Virus record (IMG/VR): IMGVR_UViG_3300021964_000098
Coordinates: 1 to 52,320 of that record
Source of the DNA: a virus
Taxonomy: Duplodnaviria; Caudoviricetes
Direction: 5' to 3' (one strand)
Length of the DNA: 52,320 bases
The notes beneath the pieces are model-generated. The model was given only the letters and a program-made list of their open reading frames with translations. It did not search any database and was not told where the DNA came from. Positions 45,018 to 52,320 of this stretch are shown piece after piece. A program made the position numbers and the translations under genes. The number at the start of each line of letters is the position of its first letter. The stretch's first letter is position 1.

Positions 45018-45787
45018 TGGCTAAGACTTATTTACAGTTAACGAATGAGCTGCTAAGAGAATTAAATGAAGTTGTACTGACTTCTTCTAATTTTGCTTCA
45101 GCTATTGGTATACAGGCTCATGCAAAAGACTGTATTAATAGAGCCTATTTAGATATTGTTACCGAAGAACCTAAGTGGCCTTTTCTGGCTACAGGTGAAA
45201 GTGGTGCTACAGATCCGATGTTTGGTAATGTTTCTGTTGAGACTACTGCCGGAACAAGATGGTATGAACTAAAAGCTGCTAGTGATAATTTAACTACAGA
45301 CTATGCAGCTATTGATTGGGATAATTTTTATATAACAACTATAGGAGTCAGCGGTGAATCTGCTCCTTATGTTTCTAAAAATTTAAGTTACATTACTATA
45401 GATTCATGGAAAGATTTTAGAAGAACTAGAGAAAACGCTGATGATGCAGATACCCAAAACTGGGGTGAGCCTAACGCAGTGGTTCGTAGTCTTGATGGGC
45501 GTAAGTTTGGGCTAAGCCCTATACCTAAAAAAGCTTACAAGATTTGGTTCTTTGCTTATGATCTTCCTACAGAGCTGTCTGCTTATTCTGATGAAATAGT
45601 TTTTCCAGATATTTACAGCACTGTAGTTACGGCCAAAGCTAGATATTATCTTTATCAGTTTAAAGATAATCCCCAAGCATCAGCATTTGCATTAGAAGAC
45701 TACAAGAAAGGTCTAAGAAGCATGAGAGAAAATCTTCTTGGGCCTAGTACATCTTATTTTAAAGATGACAGAGTGGTGTATATCTAA
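45017..45787 (+). CDS. Head-tail adaptor / tail tubular protein A-like
   Basis: TYLQLTNELLRELNEV N-terminus, WPF and P.P...Y motifs; position after the capsid gene. Confidence 0.75.
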   Translation: MAKTYLQLTNELLRELNEVVLTSSNFASAIGIQAHAKDCINRAYLDIVTEEPKWPFLATGESGATDPMFGNVSVETTAGTRWYELKAASDNLTTDYAAIDWDNFYITTIGVSGESAPYVSKNLSYITIDSWKDFRRTRENADDADTQNWGEPNAVVRSLDGRKFGLSPIPKKAYKIWFFAYDLPTELSAYSDEIVFPDIYSTVVTAKARYYLYQFKDNPQASAFALEDYKKGLRSMRENLLGPSTSYFKDDRVVYI

Positions 45788-47382
45788 TGTCGTTAGCATT
45801 TGGTTTATCTTGCACAGGAGGTTTAAATACTAACCTCAATGAATTTGATATGCTCAAGCAGCCGGGGTCGGCTAAAGAGCTATTGAATTTTGAGGTAGAC
45901 CCTGATGGTGGCTACAGGCGCGTAAGTGGGTACACTCCTTATGGTACAACTAGACCTGAAGGTGCTAGTAGAATTTTAGGTGTAGTACCTTATGGCCTTG
46001 GTGTTGTTGCTTGTGTTGATACATCAGTATACTACACTGAAGATGGAACAACTTGGCTTCAGATTAATAGGGACACTGGACACTCTGGAGTTCTTGAGGT
46101 TAATTTAAGCAGTCAAACAGAACTAGACCGACCTAACCAAGGTCAAGCTCAGTTTGCTTTAATGCAATCATCTTTAAGTGCGCCTAATGCCACTTATGGA
46201 TCTTTATCAATTGCAACAGGGGCCGACAAAGTTGCTCATTTTCATATTGATGGTGTAGGTGCAACAAGAAAATTTGTATACAGAGAAACATCATCTCCTG
46301 CTGCTGGTAAATACATTGAAAATCACGATAAGCATTTGTGTGTTGTAGATACAACAAATGCACCTAGCACATTATATTATTCAAAAACAAATGATGATAA
46401 AGATTTTTCGGGTACTGGCTCAGGCTCAGTAACTATTTCAGATAAAATAACAGGAATTAAAAGCTTTCGTGGCTCGCTTTATATTTTCTGTCAAAACACT
46501 ATTCATCGTTTAGATAATATTAATGATTCGGCTAATACTGCGGTTGTTCAAATAACAAATAACGTAGGATGTCTTAGCGGCTACAGCATTCAAGAAATTG
46601 CAGGTGACGTAGTATTTTTAGCCCCTGATGGCATTAGACTTGTAGCAGCAACAGAACGTATTGGTGACGTAGAGTTAGGATCTACTTCTCGTCAGATACA
46701 ATCTATTATATCGGCATTAGCTTCTAATATATCTAATTATACTATTAGCAGCGTTGTACTTAGAAACAAGTCTCAATACAGATTATTTTATACAGGAAGT
46801 TCGTCAGACATAGATGCGTCTAGAGGTGTGATAGGTACACTAACGCCTCAAGGTTTTCAGTGGTCTGAAATTAAAGGTATTCAAGCTCCTGCAATAAACT
46901 CAGGCTTTGACGCTTCAGGAGATGAAAAAGTATATCATGGAGATAATTTAGGTTATATATACTCTCATGATGTAGGTAATAACTTCTACGAAGATGGAAG
47001 TACACAGGCTATAGCAGCCTCTTATAAAACTCCTAACTTAGACTTTGGAGATGTTGGAACTTTAAAAACATTAAGATATGCAAAAATATCTTTAGGCCCG
47101 GAAGGAGAAGTAACGCCTTCTGTTAGAGTAAGATATAACTACGAAGATACCACTATTCCACAACCTAATGATTATGTTTTAACAAATGTTAGAACTCCGG
47201 CGTTGTTTGGATCTTCTCTTTTTGGTACGGGAGTATTTGGAGGAAGTTTAGATCCTCTGACTAGAGTAGCAATTCAGGGTAGTGGACATACTTGTAGTTT
47301 TAAAATTTTTTCAGAAGACAATAAACCTTCTTATTCTATAAATGGTTTATATGTAGACTATACGCCTTCTGGTAGGAGATAA
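45787..47382 (+). CDS. Tail nozzle / tail tubular protein B-like
   Basis: GGLN...NFE....GGYRR..GY, VGC...SIQE..GD..FLAPDG.R; beta-rich. Confidence 0.75.
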   Translation: MSLAFGLSCTGGLNTNLNEFDMLKQPGSAKELLNFEVDPDGGYRRVSGYTPYGTTRPEGASRILGVVPYGLGVVACVDTSVYYTEDGTTWLQINRDTGHSGVLEVNLSSQTELDRPNQGQAQFALMQSSLSAPNATYGSLSIATGADKVAHFHIDGVGATRKFVYRETSSPAAGKYIENHDKHLCVVDTTNAPSTLYYSKTNDDKDFSGTGSGSVTISDKITGIKSFRGSLYIFCQNTIHRLDNINDSANTAVVQITNNVGCLSGYSIQEIAGDVVFLAPDGIRLVAATERIGDVELGSTSRQIQSIISALASNISNYTISSVVLRNKSQYRLFYTGSSSDIDASRGVIGTLTPQGFQWSEIKGIQAPAINSGFDASGDEKVYHGDNLGYIYSHDVGNNFYEDGSTQAIAASYKTPNLDFGDVGTLKTLRYAKISLGPEGEVTPSVRVRYNYEDTTIPQPNDYVLTNVRTPALFGSSLFGTGVFGGSLDPLTRVAIQGSGHTCSFKIFSEDNKPSYSINGLYVDYTPSGRR

Positions 47383-47384
47383 GA

Positions 47385-50300
47385 ATGGCTGGAACAAGCT
47401 ACACACGACAAAGCACATTTGCAGACGGCGATACGATAACCGCTGCGTTATTTAACGATGAATACAACCAGCTTGTAAATGCTTTTAGTTATGCTAGCAC
47501 AGGTACTACGGGGCATCAGCATGATGGTTCAGCAGGTCAAGGTGGTAATATTGCCACGATTGGTGATCAAGACTTTCTTAACAAAATAGTTGTTGATAGC
47601 ACTAACAATCGTTGGGGAGTGTATGTAGAAGTTGGTGGGGTTGCTACTGAGCAAATACGTATTCAGGATGGAGCAATTGTTCCTGTTACAGATAATGGTA
47701 TAGATCTTGGTACTAGCTCATTAGAGTTTAAAGACCTATACCTTGATGGCACAGCTAACATTGATAGCTTAATAGCTGATACGGTAGATATAAATGCTGG
47801 AACTATTGATGGGACTACAATTGGTGCTACTAGTGCTAGTACCGGAGCGTTTACAACTCTTGCCGCTTCTGGTGCTACTACACTTAGCGGCACTTTATCT
47901 GTTGAAGGAAATACCATTCTTGGAAACGCCGCAACAGATACAGTCACGTTTACCGCCGACATTGCATCAAATATTCTACCCAATGCTGACAGTACTTACG
48001 ATCTTGGGGATAGCTCTACTTATTGGGCAAATGCCTATATAGATGCTGTTACTACAACTGGTAATGTATCTATAGGCGGTGACTTAACAGTTACTGGCAA
48101 CGCTACCATTGCAGGTAATCTTACGTTTGGTGATGCCGCAACTGATACTGTAGCTTTTAGTGCTGATGTAGCTTCTGATCTTTTGCCAAGTGTTGATGGT
48201 ACTTATGACTTAGGTGCTGTAGGTTCTGAATGGCAAGACCTGTACATAGACGGCACAGCAAACATTGATAGCCTTGTTGCCGACACAGCAGACATTAATG
48301 CAGGTACAATTGACAATACAGCCATTGGATCTACGACTGCTTCTACTGGTAACTTTTCTACACTGTCTATTGGCGGTACTGCAATAACTTCTACCGCCGC
48401 AGAACTTAACATCCTTGACGGAGTTACGGCGACTGCTACAGAACTAAATATTTTAGATGGTGTTACAGCGACAGCCTCCGAACTTAATCTTGTAGACGGC
48501 TCAAGCGCAGGAACAATTGTAAACAATAAGGCTGTTGTATATGGAGCAGCCGGAGAAGTCAACGCAACTACACTTCAATTAAGCGGAACTGCAATCACAG
48601 CAACTGCCGCAGAGCTAAATCTTTTAGACGGTGTAACTGCAACTACAACAGAAATAAATTATCTAAGTGGTGTTACTTCTTCTATTCAAACTCAGCTAGA
48701 TTCTTTACAAGATTCTGACGCAGACTTAGCAGCCATTGCCGCTTTGTCAAATGCTGACGGTAATTTTATTGTCGGTAATGGCAGTACATGGATTGTTGAG
48801 TCTGGAGCTACGGCACGAACCTCGCTGGGCTTAGGAAGCCTTGCAACAGCTAGTACAATTTCTAATGATGATTGGTCTGGTACTGATCTTGAAGTTGCTA
48901 ATGGTGGTACTGGAGCGTCTAGCGCATCAGCAGCCCGAACAAATCTTGGAGTTGCTATAGGCTCTGATGTACTAGCTTACGACAGTAACTTACAGTCTTT
49001 TGTAACTACGTTTACGCTTCCTACTACTGATGGTACTAGTGGTCAGGCACTTCTTACAGACGCAGCAGGTAACATTACTTTTGGTGATGTGGATGCTCTT
49101 CCAAGCCAGACAGGTAACAGCGGTTACTATCTTACAACTGATGGTACTAACCCGTCTTGGGATAATCTAACTGACGATCCTACTTTTACTGGCACTGTAA
49201 CTATAAGTGGCACTGAAGCAATTAAGGTTCCTGTTGGTACTACCGCACAGCGTCCTACGCCTGTTCAGGGCATGATTCGTTACAATACAACGGATACAGT
49301 CTTTGAAGGCTACGATGGGGCTGCTTGGGGTTCTATAGGCGCACAGTATGTTTATACACGTACTAATGCTACAGCTACCGCAGCACAAACTACATTCTCT
49401 GCTACATACACAGTAGGTTATGTAGATGTTTATTTGAATGGCGTAAAGTTAATTAATGGCACAGACTTTACAGCTACTAACGGGACTTCAATAGTTCTTT
49501 CATCTGGTGCAACGTCTGGTGATCTTGTAGAGATTATAGCTTTTGAAACTTTCTCTGTTGCAAATGTATTAACTCCAGCTAATAATCTTTCAGATGTTAA
49601 TGATGCAGCTACAGCCCGAACTAACTTAGGATTGGCTATAGGTACTGATGTACAAGCCTATGATGCTCAACTAGCAGATGTAGCCGGACTAACACCAACT
49701 GACGGAAACTTTATTGTTGGTGATGGTGCTAACTTTGTAGCTGAATCAGGTGCTACAGCTAGAACATCACTGGGGCTTGGAACAATCGCAACAGCAGCAA
49801 CTGGTGACTACGCTGCAACTGCTAACAACCTGTCTGACCTTGCTAGCGCATCTACTGCGCTTACTAATCTAGGTGGTGCAGCTACAGCAAACAATCTATC
49901 TGATTTGGCTAACGCTGGTACAGCAAGAACTAATCTTGGCGTAGCAATAGGCACAGACGTTCAAGCCTATGATTCAAACCTAACCAGTTTTGTCGGCACT
50001 TTTACTCTACCAACATCAGACGGAACTGCTGACCAAGTATTAACTACCAACGGCAGTGGTACTTTATCTCTTGCGGATGCTGGTGGTGGGGCTTGGAACT
50101 TCATTAACTCAACTACGGTTTCTTCCACGGTTGCATCAATAGATATTACATCTGGAATTGGAAGCACATACGATTTTTATGTGTTACAGCTTGTAAAAGT
50201 GGCACCTGTTAATACAGGAAGTGGAAGCCCTTTTAAGATTAGAACATCTACAGATGGCGGGAGTAGCTTTGACTCAAGTGGCTATTCTTATGCCGCAGGT

Positions 50301-50618
50301 TCTATTAGAGATTCTAGCGCTTCATTTTCAGGCTTGAACAGCGCAAGCGATAGTGAAATAAGAGTTAGTAATTTTGGTCAGGGTGCAACATCTGGAGAAA
50401 GTTTAAGTGGATTTATATATTTAGTAAAACCATCTGACGCTGCAAATTTTTATCTTTTTTGGGATTTAGCTGGTCTTAGTTTTCCAACCTCTCAATTTCA
50501 GAGGCATTTTGGTGGTGGGCAAAGAGAAACTGCCGCTGATGTAGATGCCATTAGGATTTATCACGACAACAGCATAGACGGTGGAACAGTTAGGTTGTTT
50601 GGTATAAATAATTCATAG
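47385..50618 (+). CDS. Long tail fibre protein
   Basis: 1077 aa, T/A/G/S-rich; 13-aa ATAxELNILDGVT repeats, ARTNLG repeats, GTTAQRP...GMIRYN module, VYLNG module. Confidence 0.85.
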   Translation: MAGTSYTRQSTFADGDTITAALFNDEYNQLVNAFSYASTGTTGHQHDGSAGQGGNIATIGDQDFLNKIVVDSTNNRWGVYVEVGGVATEQIRIQDGAIVPVTDNGIDLGTSSLEFKDLYLDGTANIDSLIADTVDINAGTIDGTTIGATSASTGAFTTLAASGATTLSGTLSVEGNTILGNAATDTVTFTADIASNILPNADSTYDLGDSSTYWANAYIDAVTTTGNVSIGGDLTVTGNATIAGNLTFGDAATDTVAFSADVASDLLPSVDGTYDLGAVGSEWQDLYIDGTANIDSLVADTADINAGTIDNTAIGSTTASTGNFSTLSIGGTAITSTAAELNILDGVTATATELNILDGVTATASELNLVDGSSAGTIVNNKAVVYGAAGEVNATTLQLSGTAITATAAELNLLDGVTATTTEINYLSGVTSSIQTQLDSLQDSDADLAAIAALSNADGNFIVGNGSTWIVESGATARTSLGLGSLATASTISNDDWSGTDLEVANGGTGASSASAARTNLGVAIGSDVLAYDSNLQSFVTTFTLPTTDGTSGQALLTDAAGNITFGDVDALPSQTGNSGYYLTTDGTNPSWDNLTDDPTFTGTVTISGTEAIKVPVGTTAQRPTPVQGMIRYNTTDTVFEGYDGAAWGSIGAQYVYTRTNATATAAQTTFSATYTVGYVDVYLNGVKLINGTDFTATNGTSIVLSSGATSGDLVEIIAFETFSVANVLTPANNLSDVNDAATARTNLGLAIGTDVQAYDAQLADVAGLTPTDGNFIVGDGANFVAESGATARTSLGLGTIATAATGDYAATANNLSDLASASTALTNLGGAATANNLSDLANAGTARTNLGVAIGTDVQAYDSNLTSFVGTFTLPTSDGTADQVLTTNGSGTLSLADAGGGAWNFINSTTVSSTVASIDITSGIGSTYDFYVLQLVKVAPVNTGSGSPFKIRTSTDGGSSFDSSGYSYAAGSIRDSSASFSGLNSASDSEIRVSNFGQGATSGESLSGFIYLVKPSDAANFYLFWDLAGLSFPTSQFQRHFGGGQRETAADVDAIRIYHDNSIDGGTVRLFGINNS

Positions 50619-50627
50619 GAATAAACA

Positions 50628-50912
50628 ATGACACGTTATAAAGCAACACCAAATGGTAATGTTCAGTTTACTCCTGCAGAAGAGGCTGAATGGGATACAC
50701 AGGAAGCAGAATGGGCTGCTGGTGCAGATGACAGAGCGGCTGCTGAAGCCAGAGAAGAGCGAGATGAAAAACTAGCTGCTACAGATTGGAGAGCCTCCAG
50801 CGACTTAACGCTGTCAACTGAATGGGCAACCTACCGACAAGCACTACGGGATGTTCCAACACAAGAAGGCTTCCCCCACACAGTAACATGGCCTGAAGAG
50901 CCGGGAGCTTAA
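50628..50912 (+). CDS. Tail fibre assembly chaperone
   Basis: R.ERD.KL.ATDW...D.....W.TYRQALRDVP.Q.GFP..V.WP..P. Confidence 0.85.
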   Translation: MTRYKATPNGNVQFTPAEEAEWDTQEAEWAAGADDRAAAEAREERDEKLAATDWRASSDLTLSTEWATYRQALRDVPTQEGFPHTVTWPEEPGA

Positions 50913-50914
50913 CT

Positions 50915-52320
50915 ATGAGTAAAGCAAGAGATATAGCAGATAGCGCAGCTACAATTAATGCTCTAGACGGTGTTACTGCTACAGGAACAGAATTAAATAT
51001 TCTTGATGGGGTTACCGCAACTACTGCTGAACTTAACATCCTTGATGGTGTTATAGCAACCACAGCAGAATTAAATTATGTGGATGGTGTTACGTCTAAT
51101 TTACAAACGCAACTAGACAACATCTCAGTAACTTCAGGCACTCTTACCAAGACATTCGCACAGGATGAAGTGGCTACTATTACTTTGTCTAGCAGTATTA
51201 CTACGCCCGTAGTATCTGTGACCAAAGAAGTGGCTCAGACAGGAACTACCAATAATGCGTGGGATGTTAATTCTACTTCAGAGAACTACACACGTTTGGA
51301 CTCTGCGACTGCGACTACTTTGGATTTTGATACTTATGATGTTAGCACAGGTTCTTTTGTAGACAGCTTTTCTGTTGCTTCACAAGATGACAATCCTACG
51401 GGACTAGCTTTCAGTGCTGACGGCACAAAAATGTACATAACTGGCAGAACAAATGACAATGTATTTCAATACGCTTTGAGTACAGCTTTTGATGTCAGCA
51501 CTGCGTCCTATACGCAATCATTTGATGTCTCGTCACAAGCAAGCCAACCATCAGGTCTAGCTTTTAATACTGACGGTACCAAGATGTTTGTAGTAGATTT
51601 TAACGATGACGATGTAAATGAATATGCCTTGACTACAGGTTTTGATATTAGCACTGCATCTTATACGCAAAATTTTTCAGTGGCTTCGCAAGAAACAGTC
51701 CCGCACGACATTGCCTTTAATAATGATGGAACTAAGATGTTTATTTGTGGGAATGGCGGCGTAGAAGTTAATGAATATGCCCTGACTACTGGGTTTGATA
51801 TATCTACTGCATCATTTACAACAAACTTTTCGGTAAGCGCACAAGAGGCAAACCCTAGAGGTCTAGCATTTAGCGCCGATGGCACAAAAATGTTTGTTTG
51901 CGGCACAACTGGACAGGATGTTAATGAATATGCTTTGACTACCGGATTTGACATATCTACTGCATCCTACACTCAGAATTTTAGTGTATCAGCTCAAGAC
52001 ACAGCACCTAAATCAGTTAAATTCAATACTGATGGCACTAAGATGTTTATTCTTGGTGATACAGATGATGACGTATACGAATATACGTTATCGCTTAGTA
52101 AGGTGGTTTTAGGCTCTGGCTCATTTGCATCTGCTGATGTAGGTAAAACCATTGAAGCTAACAATGGTGCGTTTGTTTTAACTTCTACTGCTGGCGCTGT
52201 ATCTCAAACCACAGCACCCACTTCATACGCTCAAGTAGCTTCAGGCTCTTGGGAGATGTATGCCGTTGTATTTAACACGACTGATGGTGATTTGGAGTTG
52301 AGTGGCATAACAACGGGTCA
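50915..52320 (+). CDS. Tail fibre / receptor-binding protein, N-terminal part, second allele (open to window end; not in ORF track)
   Basis: GGGAG RBS; MSKARDIAD..., ELNILDGV repeats, then five 51-aa propeller repeats; no stop before the window end. Confidence 0.85.
   Translation, partial: MSKARDIADSAATINALDGVTATGTELNILDGVTATTAELNILDGVIATTAELNYVDGVTSNLQTQLDNISVTSGTLTKTFAQDEVATITLSSSITTPVVSVTKEVAQTGTTNNAWDVNSTSENYTRLDSATATTLDFDTYDVSTGSFVDSFSVASQDDNPTGLAFSADGTKMYITGRTNDNVFQYALSTAFDVSTASYTQSFDVSSQASQPSGLAFNTDGTKMFVVDFNDDDVNEYALTTGFDISTASYTQNFSVASQETVPHDIAFNNDGTKMFICGNGGVEVNEYALTTGFDISTASFTTNFSVSAQEANPRGLAFSADGTKMFVCGTTGQDVNEYALTTGFDISTASYTQNFSVSAQDTAPKSVKFNTDGTKMFILGDTDDDVYEYTLSLSKVVLGSGSFASADVGKTIEANNGAFVLTSTAGAVSQTTAPTSYAQVASGSWEMYAVVFNTTDGDLELSGITTG

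Noticed and set aside
51073-52320. Template/variable repeat pair of a diversity-generating retroelement
   Set aside because: No reverse transcriptase is present. Differences are not adenine-specific and are mostly third-position changes or whole-module replacement.

Overview
The window is an essentially complete, circularly permuted ~51 kb genome of a lytic podovirus, probably marine. It has a T7-like replisome (primase-helicase, Tyr762-type PolA, SSB, nucleases) and a class Ia ribonucleotide reductase, but no RNA polymerase or integrase that I can recognise. There are two divergent arms. Early and replication genes run on the minus strand (~35,900 down to 19,021). Packaging, head, tail, ejection and lysis genes run on the plus strand (36,649 to the end, continuing at 1-19,024). 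The arms start from back-to-back perfect sigma70 promoters beside a palindrome-rich non-coding region that probably holds the physical genome ends. The two window ends overlap by ~1.25 kb but carry two different alleles of a beta-propeller module in a receptor-binding protein. Most notable observations: (1) a recurring R-x-x-[FYMKR]-x-x-G-G-x-[VLM] motif that separates domains in several virion proteins, with a candidate processing domain in the portal-scaffold slot; (2) a secreted heme-c plus PHM-type dicopper monooxygenase next to the endolysin; (3) four covarying RNA hairpins in front of early genes; (4) a triplicated bulged-hairpin motif at the scaffold gene. All family assignments come from motif recognition by eye, not database searches.
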